A DNA stretch of 64,000 nucleotides from Macrostomum lignano (GCA_002269645.1 NIVC01000723.1:62001-126000), one strand, 5' to 3'. Shown: positions 1 through 21,519, counted from the stretch's first letter. A program made the numbers and translations. Notes: generated by a model from the letters alone, not told the origin.

Positions 1-600
1 ATGTCGGCGGCGGCAGCGGCGCCGGGTCGTCCAGCGATGTCGATGATGTCGGACGCTGATCAGGAAACCGAGGATGCCGAAGTGGATTCCGAAGCGGACG
101 AGAGCCGGCTGGAGCTGAGCAGGCAGATGTTGCACCGGGCTGACACGCTGCTGCGAGAAGCGAACTCGCTGCTGAGAGAGACTACTCACCGGCCGCAGCA
201 GCAGCAGCAGCAGCAATACGTCTCGTATCAGCAGATTCAACAGCAGAGGCAGATGCAACAACGTCAAGCACAACAACAGTATCTGCTTATGCAGCAGCAG
301 CAGCAGTACCAGCAGCAGTACCAGCAGCAGCAACAGCAGCAACAGCACCAGCAGCAGTACCAGCAGCAGCAACAGCAGCAACAGCACCAGCAGCAGCACC
401 AGCAACAGCACCAGCAGCAACAACACCAGCAGCAGCAGCAGCAGCACCAGCAGCACCAGCAGCAACAGCAGCAACCGAAAAAACTACTAGAGAATTCAGA
501 TCCCGAAGAGGATACAGTACAGGATGGTTTGAACAATCAGTCATCGCCAACCGATACCATTTCAGCTGTTGAAGATTCGTTGGCTAATGATCAGCAATGA
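1..600 (+). CDS. 3' part (probably terminal exon) of an unknown glutamine-rich protein
   Basis: Open frame from the window edge to TGA at 598-600. Acidic and Ala-rich segment, then a long CAG/CAA polyQ tract interrupted by Y and H. Codon style matches the other genes here. No recognisable domain; the 5' part probably lies outside the window. Confidence 0.6.
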   Translation: MSAAAAAPGRPAMSMMSDADQETEDAEVDSEADESRLELSRQMLHRADTLLREANSLLRETTHRPQQQQQQQYVSYQQIQQQRQMQQRQAQQQYLLMQQQQQYQQQYQQQQQQQQHQQQYQQQQQQQQHQQQHQQQHQQQQHQQQQQQHQQHQQQQQQPKKLLENSDPEEDTVQDGLNNQSSPTDTISAVEDSLANDQQ

Positions 601-724
601 GCCAGTTGCCTGGTACAATATTTATGACTATACATTGTATATGATCGATGCCACCAACGGTGACTTCTGGAATGTGGAGATGCCTACGTTTTCTCACAAA
701 TCTACAGTCTGAATGCTCCCTTAA

Positions 725-1690
725 CTCACTCTGAATACCCCTTATCTCACTCTGAATACCTCTTATCTCACTCTGAATACCCCATTATCTCACTCTGAAT
801 ATCCCTTATCTCACTCTGAATATCCCTTATCTCACTCTGAATATCCCTTATCTCACTCTGAATATCCCTTATCTCACTCTGAATACTCCCTTATCTCACT
901 CTGAATACTCCCTTATCTCACTCTGAATACCCCTTATCTCACTCTGAATACTCCCTTATCTCACTCTGAATATCCCTTATCTCACTCTGAATATCCCTTA
1001 TCTCACTCTGAATACTCCCTTATCTCACTCTGAATACCCCTTATCTCACTCTGAATACCCCTTATCTCACTCTGAATACTCCCTTATCTCACTCTGAATA
1101 TCCCTTATCTCACTCTGAATATCCCTTATCTCACTCTGAATACCCCTTATCTCACTCTGAATACCCCTTATCTCACTCTGAATACCCCTTATCTCACTCT
1201 GAATACTCCCTTATCTCACTCTGAATACTCCCTTATCTCACTCTGAATACTCCCTTATCTCACTCTGAATACTCCCTTATCTCACTCTGAATACCCCTTA
1301 TCTCACTCTGAATACCCCTTATCTCACTCTGAATACCCCTTATCTCACTCTGAATACCCCTTATCTCACTCTGAATACTCCCTTATCTCACTCTGAATAC
1401 TCCCTTATCTCACTCTGAATACTCCCTTATCTCACTCTGAATACCCCTTATCTCACTCTGAATATCCCTTATCTCCCTCTGAATATCCCTTATCTCACTC
1501 TGAATACTCCCTTATCTCACTCTGAATACTCCCTTATCTCACTCTGAATACCCCTTATCTCACTCTGAATATCCCTTATCTCCCTCTGAATATCCCTTAT
1601 CTCACTCTGAATACTCCCTTATCTCACTCTGAATATCCCTTATCTCCCTCTGAATATCCCTTATCTCACTCTGAATATCCCTTATCTCAA
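725..1690. repeat. Minisatellite, 21-22 bp unit (CCCTTATCTCACTCTGAATAC)
   Basis: About 45 near-identical tandem copies read directly. Confidence 0.97.
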
Positions 1691-1699
1691 GCTTTAACT

Positions 1700-3560
1700 A
1701 CTAGCTTGCGTTCATTACTTTAATCGTGACTTGTTGTGTCTTTACGAAGAATTAATTGATAAAGATTGACTAAAAGTACTCATTAGTAGCAATTCATTGC
1801 ACTACAAGGATTTTCTAACGTATCTAATTAGTATCTGCTTGCTAGCAATTAGAATCACATTACCTCAGTAGAGAGTACACTAGTACTCTCCTGCTCACAA
1901 TGCAATCCTATGATTGACATTCAGTTAGTTCGAACACCTCAGCTTTTACACTAAATTTAATTAATTTAATGCTTAGTACAGTAATTCTGTCCCCCAATGC
2001 TTTTATAACCTTTCTTGGACACTTTGTTTTTAAAAAATACCTTTGAAATGGAGGATCAAATGCTCTGAAAGTACAAGTAGTGCATTAAATAGGCAGCTTG
2101 TAAAAGTAGTACATAGTGCAAATATATATTGTTTTCCCATCTTGGTCAATTACTAATTTGACGATATGTTTCGAAGAAAAACTTTGTAAGGCATCAATTC
2201 ACCCTACGGTAAGTACTTTTAAGACAATGAGTCTTAAATGGTCTGGCTGTGACCACAGATACGGGAATAACCTCGTACTTGGCAAAACAGCCTTCTACTT
2301 TCAGTTCAGTAGCAAAGAAGAATACATAAGCTATTTTTTTAAATAAAGGCAGCTTGAAATGACTTTGGCAAGTTTAGAAGCCCCAAGCTTGCAGAGGTAA
2401 ACAGTTTGCTAATTGGTTTAGCCATAATGTACATTAGCCACTAAATGTACAAGGAAGATTCAAGTTTGAACAACCGGGCAAGTAAATAAAAGTTGGGTGG
2501 TGGGCAGGGGTAGAGGTTTTGTGTGGAGTTTGAGCGTTTAAGCTTCGGGGGTAGGTAGGGTAAGAGCCAATAAATAAGCTTTGGCTTTAAAAATACACTA
2601 AAATGCTTCTGTTTAACTTACTACTGAACTAAAAGTAGCTTACACGCAAATGTGCTGAGTGGGCCATCTAGTTATTCTAGTATCTGTGGCTGTGACCAGC
2701 GCTGCAAGCTTAGCTAGAGATTAGGCCGCTGGAGTCACCCCTCCAGACTTGGCCATAGCCCATAGACTATCGCCCAGGGACTTGAAGCCCTGTACCAGCT
2801 GTACACAGCGCCCTTGGATGCGCTGTACAATTACAGCAGCGGCTGTGCTGTTATGCTGTCACACCTGACCAACCTTGCAGAGGGGGTTAAGAAGGCGTAT
2901 TTTCATATATTATCCATTCGGCAGGCAGACAGATTCGCATGATTAGACAGGGGTGTGACGCAAGCCCAATTAAACCGCGAACCGACTCGATCTGGACCTG
3001 TAAGTTTAGACAACAGAAAACACACACACGCGGTAGCTCTGGTAGGATAGAGGTAGGCAAAGATGAAGCATCTATGTTTAGGACATGGCCAGCCGCTGAA
3101 GGGCGGGGTGTGTTTGCCATTTTGACGCCAAGGAGTTGAAAGAAGACAGAAGGGGTCAGGCCTCAGAATCAACCCGGCTAGGGAGGTCGCTTTGCAAACT
3201 TGGAAATCTTGCGGTGCAGAAGCACGAGAGTTTTACATAACTACATGTAGACAGCTGAAGTAGAAGGATGCCGTAGGAACCTGTTAGAAAAGAGGCCGCA
3301 CCAAATGAACTTCTATGTGATAAACTATGTAATTATTTGTTTTAATGCCACTCCCTCCAAAAAAGACACTGGGGCCCGCAAAAGAGATTGGGACCGACTG
3401 ACGATCGATGACAGATCTCTAAGGTGTTCACGCACTTCTACAGGTCAGGCCGTACTTTTGCTGTGCATGCGTCTCTGTGCAGTACAAGCTACCACCCGAG
3501 TCCCCCGAGTGCTAAATACGTTTCTACAATAGGAGTCAGGATCCAGCTATTTACAATTCT
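1700..3560 (-). mobile_element. Heavily decayed DIRS-like (tyrosine-recombinase) retrotransposon remnant
   Basis: Minus-strand translation gives motifs in DIRS order, broken by stops and frameshifts. These are an RT-like GSGIKTNNYI (about 3340), RNase H-like HVLNIDAS (about 3070), QHNSTAAAVI and ATDTRITRW (2860-2660), and weak YR-like CPRKVI and GLH (2030-1890). Confidence 0.4.
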
Positions 3561-4014
3561 AGTTAAGCTTTAGCGCTGTTTCCCGGAAATATATCGCTCA
3601 ATTTAGTAAAGAAATTCCTGCCTTCTCTCATTCCTAAGCCCAGCGCAACTCTCACTGCTCTCCCTGCTTAAGCCGTATTTACAGCTTTATAGATCTATGA
3701 ATAATCCATTGATTTCTGCTGCCCCAGGAGCTGCAAGGCGGCAACGAGCTGCTAGCGAGCTGTAAAACTGAGCACAGACCTGAGAGAGACGGGCTGTGCT
3801 GGTCGGCTTTTTATGAGCGCTGCTTCTTGGCTTTTCGATTCTGTTTGACGGCTTCGCACTTGCTTGAGGGGCGGCTCTGGCTGCCCGTGAATTGGCGCCA
3901 CGATCTCGATTGATTGAGCTGCCTGTCCGTCTGAGTGCCTGCCTGTCCGTCTGAGTGCCTGACTTTGTCTTAATGTCTTAGCGTGTGTCTTAGTGTCTGT
4001 TTTGGTCTGCCTTT

Positions 4015-4392
<378 letters not shown>

Positions 4393-4707
4393 ATATATGT
4401 GTGTGTTATTGTGCGTGTCCGTCCGTCAGTGCACACCGCAGCCATTCCAATTCGCAATCAGACTCTGTGCCAACATCTCCCCTCTCCCATTACCAGCGGT
4501 GAGCCGCCGGCCTCAGAGCGGAGAAGCCGAGGTCAGGCAGGGTTGTGCTTGGCTGGCAGCAAAGGCAGCAGCTGGGCCCCCGGTCCTTTCAGCCCCAGCC
4601 TTAAATCATGGCGCTCCACGCCGATCGCCCATTGGCCGGAGTCCAGGGCAGCTCCATAATAAAACTGGAGCCAAAGTTTTAACAGTCTGGCCAGCCGCTC
4701 AGCCCAG

Positions 4708-12632
<7,925 letters not shown>

Positions 12633-13154
12633 CTCGGATTTGGAATTCATCATCTTGCGTGACTCATCCCGCTTTGGCATATTGCACACTATGAATGAGT
12701 CCTACTTACCTTTTATGATCGTATTTTTGTCGAGGAAAAGTTCGAAAAGTATTACTGGAGAGTGGCAAGGCTTCTAATACAGTAGCAAAGATTCAGAACC
12801 CGGATACGTTCTAAAACTAAAAAAGTAGAAGAAAAGTCCTTCTGCTTGAGCGGTCCATGTAACTTTCTCTTATTAATTGCAATGAAAAACTGGCAAATTG
12901 ATCATATTTTGCTATTCATAACGAACTGAATTCCGTGCCTACATTGATATTATTGTCGCTAACAAACTGCTTGTCGCTTATTGAAATTGCCGAAACTTGA
13001 TAAACTTCCGCATCGGTTTGAACTGACAGCTTATGGCTTATTTGTACTGCGTTGTCAGGCGCATGGAAGCTTTGAAGATATGAACCTTATAAATTTAAAC
13101 TCTTTTATTTCTGTCTTACATTTTTGGGGGGAGAGAAGAAATCAGGAAGGATTC

Positions 13155-13345
13155 TACGGGTGCTTGAGGGTTTCCATGGGTGCTTGAAGGTTTCCATGGG
13201 TGCTTGAAGGTTTCCACGGGAGTCGAAAGGTTTCCACGGGTGCTGGAAGGTTTCCACGAGTGCTTAAAGGTTTCCATGGATGCTTGAAGGTTTCCATGGG
13301 TACTTGAAGGTTTCCAAAGGGTCCTTGGCGGTTTCCGCGGGTGTT
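13155..13345. repeat. Degenerate 20-bp tandem repeat (GGGTGCTTGAAGGTTTCCAT)
   Basis: About 9 imperfect copies. Confidence 0.85.
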
Positions 13346-13844
13346 TTAAGGGTGTACTGTATAAGTTTATGGAGATGTATTGGTGATAGATTGCTTAAGT
13401 TTTGGTAAAGTAAAACAACGCAGTCGGCAGACATGAAGGACGGATGGCAGAGCAGTTAATTTCAGAATTCTCACTGTTCTCAATTCCAACCGTTGGAATC
13501 GATAATACTACTCCACTGCGGCTATCCCAGTCTCCTTCATCTCCTCTTCCTGCCAGGCCTCACAGCATCCCCACAGCCCCGCGCATGTCAATTCTGCTCA
13601 ATTGAGAACCTGCCAATTAAGTCTGACAGCTAGGACCACCTCTAACTCACCCTCATTCCATTCTGTCTCTGGGTCTATTTTTCTATCTGGCACACCGCTC
13701 GGTCCCTCTAATAGGTTGGCAGTAATTGCCCATGAAACTGGGCGAATCTTTTAGCGATAAACAGAGCTGATAGGGAAAAATGGCGCACTAGCTCTGCATG
13801 TACTTTTTAGGGCTGGTTAGGGCAAAAATTGCAATAGTTTCTTT

Positions 13845-14222
13845 GATGGGATGAGATGTGACATATGGGATGGGACATGGGATATGGGATGGGATATAAA
13901 TGGGATGGGATATATGAGATGGGATATATGGGATAAGATATATGGGATGAGATATGGGATATGGAATGAGATATGGGATATGGGATGTGATATGGGATGG
14001 GATATAGGATGGGATATGGGATGGTATATGGGATGGTATATGGGATGAGATATGGGATATGGGATGGGATGGGATATATGGGATAAGATATATGGGATGA
14101 GATATGGGATATGGGATGAGATATGGGATGGGATATAGGATGGGATATGGGATGGTATATGGGATGGTATATGGGATGGGATATTGGATATGGGATGAGA
14201 TATGTGATATGGGATGGGATAT
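13845..14222. repeat. Low-complexity ATGGG/ATATGGG repeat
   Basis: Read directly. Confidence 0.9.
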
Positions 14223-15104
14223 AGAATTCTTAGTTAGAACAGATCCAGTTACATGTAAGCTGGTTGTCGGTGCCAATTCGGGAGCTCAAGCCGCATGTAT
14301 TTGCCATTGGGTCAGAGACTTCCCCTTGCAGTTAATTATTATTATTTCAGAATCAAAGTTCAGCAGCTGTCGCACCTAAGTCCCTCGAGACTAATTCTAG
14401 GACTATTGTAACAAGTTAATGGACAAGCTGATCAGAGTCAAAGTAAAAACGACGTCCTCAATGGCTGACAACTGACTTACTTCACCTCACGGCAGGATTT
14501 TATGACTTTAAGATCGCACTGGGAGGTGGCCATTGTGTTGTGATCCGAAATTGACTCCCAGTAAGCACCCAAGTTGCAGGGTTTATAGAAACACTGGGTA
14601 GCCACTGCATTTGCAGACTATTTTTAAACCAAACGAGAGAGAGAGGTAGAGAGAGAGAGAGAGAGAGAGAGAGGCTAAACGCTCAAGTTATGATTTATGA
14701 GTCTGTCTCCAGACACCATTAATATCAGTGATTTGCACCAGTGCTATTCTATTTTATATAGTGCAGTAATCCAGCACTAAGCACAATAAAAATCCTTAGT
14801 TTTACTGCTCATCCCAACTTTGCATCAGCGATGCTTTTATTGTTTATAGTTTGGATACCGGCTGGCCGGGTTATACAAGAACTGTGGCCATTGGGCTGGC
14901 GATATCAGGAATCAGTGGCGCAATGTTGACACTGCAATCTGGGCAGCAGATAGCAGTACCAAAATCTCGTATGTGGCCTGTTTAAGCTTAGCCTGATAGT
15001 CCTTATCAGAGTCTGCTTTTACAACCCGCCCCGAGCTTTGCATTGAATGACATTTTTAAACATTTCCAGCTGCTTTGTGTAGAAGCGAGTTTCTGGATTC
15101 GATA

Positions 15105-15790
15105 ACAGAACACAAGCCCATCTGGTCTCCATGATGATGCCAGCTAGAAGACACAAGCCCAATCTGGTCTCCATGATGATGCCAGCTAGAAGACACAAGC
15201 CCCATCTGGTCTCCATGATGATGCCAACTAGAAGACACAAGCCCAATCTGGTCTCCATGATGATGCCAACTAGAAGACACAAGCCCAATCTGGTCTCCAT
15301 GATGATGCCAGCTAGAAGACACAAGTCCCATCTAGTTTGCATGATGATGCCAACTAGAAGACACAAGCCCCATCTGGTTTGCATGATGATGCCAGCCAGA
15401 AGACACAAGCCCCATCTGGTCTCCATGATGATGCCAACTAGAAGACACAAGCCCAATCTGGTCTCCATGATGATGCCAGCTAGAAGACACAAGTCCCATC
15501 TAGTTTGCATGATGATGCCAGCTAGAAGACACAAGTCCCATCTAGTTTCCATGATGATGCCAGCTAGAAGACACAAGTCCCATCTGGTCTCCATGATGAT
15601 GCCAACTAGAAGACACAAGCCCAATCTGGTCTCCATGATGATGCCAACTAGAAGACACAAGCCCAATCTGGTCTCCATGATGATGCCAGCTAGAAGACAC
15701 AAGTCCCATCTAGTTTGCATGATGATGCCAACTAGAAGACACAAGCCCCATCTGTTTTGCATGATGATGCCAGCCAGAAGACACAAGGCT
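15105..15790. repeat. Minisatellite, 42-bp unit CATGATGATGCCAGCTAGAAGACACAAGCCCAATCTGGTCTC
   Basis: About 16 tandem copies. Confidence 0.96.
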
Positions 15791-15967
15791 ACTCTGTTCA
15801 GAATAAGTAAACAAATCAATCAAAAGTATTTCAGAGTGAAAGAGATTGCATGTATAGAGAAATGTCCAAGCGGCATCAAATAAAAACTCAAGCAGATAGC
15901 GAACTGGCTGAAAAACTCGTAAAAAAACAATGCACCGGCGTGTTCGCAAGACGAGTTGCCAAGCCAG

Positions 15968-17322
15968 TCAGGTGTCAATGTTCACCGTTGGCAGGCTGAT
16001 CTCTGCATCGTTCGGATCGGCAGCCTTTGACGCCGCCAGAATCCGACGAGATTCGGCCTGCAGTTCGGCGATGATTTGAAGTCGCTTTGGCAGCAGCCGC
16101 GGCTCTGCAGACGCCTGCGGCGACTTGGTCGCGAGATCGTCGTCTCGGTGCATCGGAGCGTCGTCCGGATGGGCGTGAGGCCACGGCATTCGCATGGTGT
16201 GCAGCACGGACAGCAGCTCGGGATCCCGGATCAGATCCGACTGGGCGTACAGCGGCGTCGGACTGACCCGACTCAGCCTGCTGAGGGACTCCGGCGGCAC
16301 GGTTGACTCCACGAGCGTCACTTCGTCCTGGTCCTCGTCCGAGCCGCTGTCCGAGCCAACGATTGTTGGCGGAGTTGCCCAGGCGTTGTCCGACCTCGGC
16401 GAGGTGGAACACACATCAGCGCTAACGACAACGGCAGTTGTTGACAGAGTGGACTCGCTGTGCGGCTCCTGGCGCTTTTGAAGCTCCTGATGAGCAGCAG
16501 GAGGCGGCGACTGGGAATCTTGTGGGAACAGGCGAGGTCGCAGACGAGTTGGTGGATGGCGACCAACTGGCAGAATGCTGCAGTCTGGCTGCCGCTGCCG
16601 CACAGACGCCGGCCGTTTGCCAGCAACGGCGGTGCTCGCTACAGGCCGAGGTGGAGCTCGATTGGTTCTCGTCTTAGGAGACTCGGGAGGCGATATGGAG
16701 TCTTCCGGACAGGAGGTGGCCGCGCTGACGGCATCAATTTCGGTGGAGTCTGGAGAGCGTTTCGCTGGAGGATTGCACTCGGACGATAGGAAGGTGTCCT
16801 CCGGAGCTGGCAGCAGGGACAGCACGGCGAACACGGGGTCGAGGCTTTCGCAGCCGATGGCTGTCAAGTCCACCTTCGGGCGCTCTGCCGTGGCCTCGGC
16901 CGATCGAGGTTGAGTCAGACTGCTCTTCGGCACTTTGCCGTCTTTTGGTGTCGCATTTCTTGCGGCTTCGACATCTTGGCCAGCTGCCTTATTTTGAATG
17001 CTTGCACCCTGATTTTCTGACTGGCTCCCCTTGCTCAGCGCTGTCTGCTGCTTCTCTGGCTTGCTTTCGAAGTTCCACAGAGTGTCTGACTCTGACGGGC
17101 CGCCACGAGGAGGCCGCTGCTGCTTGGCGTTGATCGGACAGATAACCGGAAGTGACGACGATATCGACGGAGATGGTCTCGGATACAGCAGTAGCATCGA
17201 GCTGTCATCGTCTGAAGCGGCTGGCCGCGGACACGCCTGACCCGTCAAGCAGCTGTCACCATGCACCGCAGCCGCTGCCGCCGCCACCGCCGCCGCCTCA
17301 GTCGCCAGCTTGCATTCAGAAG

Positions 17323-17359
<37 letters not shown>

Positions 17360-17518
17360 CTGTTGAGGCAGCGAGCCGCTGAAACTGGACGAAATGAAGT
17401 CAGAGTCGGTCTCAGCCGAGGTGCGGCGGCGTCGAGCGCCATCTTCAGTGAGACTCGACACGTTGGCCGTCCGCAGTGACGAGTCCGTCACCGTAGCTGC
17501 CTGGGCCGCTGGCTTCAT
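15968..17518 (-). CDS. Orphan 516-aa low-complexity (S/P/A/Q-rich) protein
   Basis: 1.55-kb ATG-initiated ORF with GC-rich codon usage and polyQ like the verified genes. A more ordered C-terminal segment (DPELLSVLHTMRMPWP...KRLQIIAELQAESRRIL). No family recognised. Confidence 0.7.
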
Positions 17519-17990
17519 TGCTCACCATCTGCCCAACGTGCGGTTGTTTTGATCATTCCATGCGCAGGGGCTTCAGTAGATGGATGCAAATTCAATGTGT
17601 CCACGAGATGCATCTGTCTGAGCTCGACTCAAGTTTACCATAGACTTAAAGATTTCAGAAAACCTTAGATTAGCTCTCGTTGGCACTAACATAGCGAGCA
17701 GAGCAATCCAGGGTAAAAGAGCATGCTTTTTTCAGATTGCACTTTAAAAGGCAGACAGCAGACTACTAAAATGATAATTCAAAGGCAAACACCGTCAAAG
17801 AAAATTTCGACACAAAAAATAGCAAAAACCAAGAGTCCCCAGCCACTTTATTGAACAGAAAGCAGCATTCGCGAATGCGCTCGCATTTTTGGTCTATTGA
17901 TTGAACTTAATTTCAGATTCACTGTCAACTCGAAACAAATTCTGCTTCTTAGCAACTGAACAGAAAAAGGAAAAGCAGCCGGGATCGTTT

Positions 17991-20414
17991 TCAGGCGGCT
18001 TCCTGCGCTGTTTCCGCTGCATCATCCTCTTCTTCTTCTTCTTCTTCCGTTGCTTCTTCAAACTCGACCTCCTGGATGACGGCCTCGGAAAGAGTCGCCG
18101 ATGCGGCGCTTCGGCTGGCGTCGTCATCTTCCAGGCCGTCGCTGTCGACGTGTCGACGCCCCCGGCGACGATGACTTTGCTGGCGTCGCTCATCGCCGTG
18201 CAGGCTGCATTCAGCCGACGCAGTCGCTGCCGACGAGTTTGCCGAGTTCTTTAACGAAGTCGCAGTTGAGCCCTGCTGCTGTCGCCGATGCCGCTGTTGC
18301 TGCTGGCGCAGTTTCTTTCGCTGGTTGAAGGCCGTCTCCAGCAGCTCGAATAGTTCGAGAGCTTTCTCCGATATTTGCACGTGCATCGGACAGGACGACT
18401 CCAGGGAAGCTTGCTGCTTTTGCTGAACACGAGTCTGCTGCACGCTTGGCTCCGTTGCTGTCTTTGAATTCTCCGCAACTGCGGCAGTCGCTGCTGTTTC
18501 CCTCTTCTTGGCAAAGAATTTGCACACAGCAGCCACTGCTTCCGCTTTGATGCGCGCCAGTCTCTGTCTTTCCTCGCCTCGCTGCTGCTCCTGATCCTGC
18601 GACTCTACCGACTGACAGAAAGCGTCTTCCAGCATCTCCGAGGTGACGCTCTCGACTGTTGACTGCTGGCTTGTTGGCTCATCGTCCGCGACATCCACTG
18701 TCTGGCTGGCTGAATCGGCTGACAGGGTCTCTTCCTCTTCGACTTCCTCTTCGACTATTTCCTCGATCACTTCGACCTCCTCCGACGCTTGCTGCGATGG
18801 ATTCTCTGTGTCGGATGAGGACCCGGCGGCCTGCAGCTGCTCGCTCTGTTCGGCAACTGTGCTGCTGGGGTCATCCGTCTCTCTGACTGGCTCTTTGACG
18901 TCACCAGGCTGCTGATGCTGTGAACTCCCGGACGGCGGCGAATCCTTGATTGCAACCAACGGTGGCGCCAGCTTCTCTCCCAAGCCGTCAACCGGAGCCG
19001 CGGCGGCTGTGTTGGCAAAGTGCTCAAAGTCCGTGCACTCGCCTTTCGCCTGACGCGCCGCCAGTCGACGAGCCGCGGCCACCATCGGCTCCGCCGAATC
19101 GCTCGATGCCGCATCGAATGTCTCAGTCTCTGATGAGTTGATCAAGGCCACGTGAGCGTTCGATGTTGTTATCGCAGGCTCCGGAGCCTCGGGCGCTTTG
19201 TTGGGGACCTGGGGAAGCTTAGACTTGGTGGCCTGGCCTTTAGCTTCATTCTTGACCGGAACGGCAGACTGGTTTTTAGCCACATTTTTTGCCCCACTTT
19301 TAGCCGCTTTTTTGTCCGCATTTTTCACCGTGGGGGCCGCTTTTGCGTTTTGGGCATTCTTTCCGCCATTCAAATTCTTTGCTGGCGTTGCCGCTTTCGC
19401 TTTGGAATCTTTTGCTGATTTCTTTGCGTCCTTCGCCGCCGCTGCAGACTTCTCAGGATCGGTGGCTTTTTCTGCACTTTTGGCTCCAGAATCCTGAGTC
19501 GGAGCTGCATCCTCCTCGCTGACAGGTTTTGCAGCAGCTTCAGCCTCCTTTAATTCTTCATCTGTATTGTCAGGCTTGGGATCGGTAGGCTCTGTAGCAG
19601 CGTCTTTCGGTGCGCCGGCTGTGTCGTCTTTTTGCTCCGGCTCTGACGGTTTCGGCTCTGCAGCCTCTGCAGCGTCTGCCGGAGCGCTAGGGGCTGCTTT
19701 CGCATCGGTGGCCGCCTCCTTCACCGCTTTTGCTTGCTTCTTTCCGTCTTTGTTACCAGCAGGTGCTGCAGCACTCTTTTTTGCATTTTTTTGGTTTTTT
19801 CCAGCATCCTTTATTGCCTTTTTGCCTTGTAAATTGCTTTTAGAAGGATTCTCTCCGGCTTTCTTGTCAGACTTGGTTGCTTTGGCGTCCTTTTGAGCTG
19901 CTGCTGGCTCCTTGCTGGCTGCGCAGGCCTCTGCATCGGCAGCCTCTTCCACGACCTTCTTCAGCCCGGCATCAGGAACTGACTGCTCAACAGTGGCAGC
20001 CTTGGCGTCTTCAAGTTTGGTGCCAGGCTCTGCCGTTTCCGCAGCGACCGTTGCTACGCCCATTCCCTCAGCTGGCGGCGGAGGCTGCGGCGGTGACGCT
20101 AAAGCCTCTTTAGCATCATTAGTGTCTGAAGTCTTGACCAAGCTATCCTTGGAGTCAGCGCCTTTTTGGGGGGGAATTGCAGCAGTTTTCTTCGCCGCGG
20201 TCGCCTTCACCGGCACCTTCTTGGCGGGCGCCTGTTTCTTCCCGGCGGCCGCATTGTTGCTGACCGGCAGCTCCGACACGAAGCTGCTGTTGTTGCCGTG
20301 CGACCCGGGCTCCGGCGACAAGAAGCGCATGCAGGCCGGCACGCCGCTCTCCTCGATGACAGTCAGCAGAGGCGACTGGCTGAGGATCTCCGTGTACACG
20401 AGCTTTGGTCGCAT
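17991..20414 (-). CDS. Orphan 807-aa K/A/E-rich disordered protein (terminal or single exon)
   Basis: 2.4-kb ORF. AATAAA on the minus strand at about 17847-17852, about 140 nt after the stop. An in-frame acceptor CATAG just upstream of the ATG suggests it may be spliced to upstream exons. Confidence 0.75.
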   Translation of the reverse strand: MRPKLVYTEILSQSPLLTVIEESGVPACMRFLSPEPGSHGNNSSFVSELPVSNNAAAGKKQAPAKKVPVKATAAKKTAAIPPQKGADSKDSLVKTSDTNDAKEALASPPQPPPPAEGMGVATVAAETAEPGTKLEDAKAATVEQSVPDAGLKKVVEEAADAEACAASKEPAAAQKDAKATKSDKKAGENPSKSNLQGKKAIKDAGKNQKNAKKSAAAPAGNKDGKKQAKAVKEAATDAKAAPSAPADAAEAAEPKPSEPEQKDDTAGAPKDAATEPTDPKPDNTDEELKEAEAAAKPVSEEDAAPTQDSGAKSAEKATDPEKSAAAAKDAKKSAKDSKAKAATPAKNLNGGKNAQNAKAAPTVKNADKKAAKSGAKNVAKNQSAVPVKNEAKGQATKSKLPQVPNKAPEAPEPAITTSNAHVALINSSETETFDAASSDSAEPMVAAARRLAARQAKGECTDFEHFANTAAAAPVDGLGEKLAPPLVAIKDSPPSGSSQHQQPGDVKEPVRETDDPSSTVAEQSEQLQAAGSSSDTENPSQQASEEVEVIEEIVEEEVEEEETLSADSASQTVDVADDEPTSQQSTVESVTSEMLEDAFCQSVESQDQEQQRGEERQRLARIKAEAVAAVCKFFAKKRETAATAAVAENSKTATEPSVQQTRVQQKQQASLESSCPMHVQISEKALELFELLETAFNQRKKLRQQQQRHRRQQQGSTATSLKNSANSSAATASAECSLHGDERRQQSHRRRGRRHVDSDGLEDDDASRSAASATLSEAVIQEVEFEEATEEEEEEEDDAAETAQEAA

Positions 20415-20817
20415 GGCCTCTTTTTTAGGTGCGTTGAGCTATGAGCTCAGGTTTTGCTCTGATTAGTAGGTGATGGGTCCAGCTGAGACAAAATCGAATG
20501 CATAAAGAACTTTCAAGGTGTCCCGCAGTTCACTCTTGGCCATAGAGTTCTATGCAACTCTGGCGGCAGTAAATGGTTTTCATGAGATCACCATACCTTA
20601 TTCTCTTCCTGCGCTTCCAATCTAGACTGCACTCTATTTCAAGATATCGTACCACTGTCGACATGATACGGCCTTTGGAATTTAGATTTATAATTGAAAA
20701 AAAAACAAGCAAGACGGATATTGATTAAATTAAAATGAAACTTTTGATAGTTTTTTGTCATCATTGTTTTAGGAAATGATAAAGAGAAATTAGATTAAGA
20801 TTTCTGATATTTTCAGT

Positions 20818-21519
20818 CTACTTGTCCATCGGCTTGAACAGTTTTATCGGCTCCTCGTAGACGCCCTCGTCGTCGGAAATTCCTTGCGGCTGCGGCGGCG
20901 GAAGCGGCTGCGTCGGCTGATTCGAAGGAGGCGGAGGAGGCGGCGGCGACTGCGGAGGCGGAGGAGGCGGCGTCACCGGAGGCGGCGGCTGTGAAGGTCT
21001 CTGCACTGACGACCTCTGCTGCTGCTGCTTCCCAGACTTTGACTGCTGAGCTCCGGTCGGTTTGTTCAGGCCGAAAAGCTCGGCTTCCATTTCGGCCACC
21101 GAACGGGCGGGAGCTTTCGGCTTGTCAAAAAATTTTTGCGTCGGCTGCGGCTGCTTTGACTGCTTTTTGCTGGCAGCCGCGGCCGCTTTCTTGCTGGTCG
21201 GCAGCGGCAGGTGGTTGTCGGCTTCGAAGCGCAGGATGTCCGCGTGCAACAGGCGCGATTTCAGCTGCAGATGATGAAGCACCTTCTGGCCAGGCAGCAT
21301 CTCTGCATTGTGAGTTTTGGAATTTGCATAGGTCTGCGAGTATTCGTCAGAGGGCAGCGCGGGCAGCGGGCGCTGCGGCGTCGGCGGCTTTTGCTGCTGC
21401 TGCGCACTGATGCGGCCAGTCGGTCGGGCCAGATTGACCGGGGAATTGTTGTTAGCGGACTTCTTTCCACTGGCGTCGGTGGCCGACTGTGAAGTGGCCG
21501 ACTGCCTTGTCTTCTGCGT

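Noticed and set aside
15019-15883. 266-aa and 250-aa ORFs
   Set aside because: Products of the 42-bp minisatellite (a multiple of 3) on both strands.
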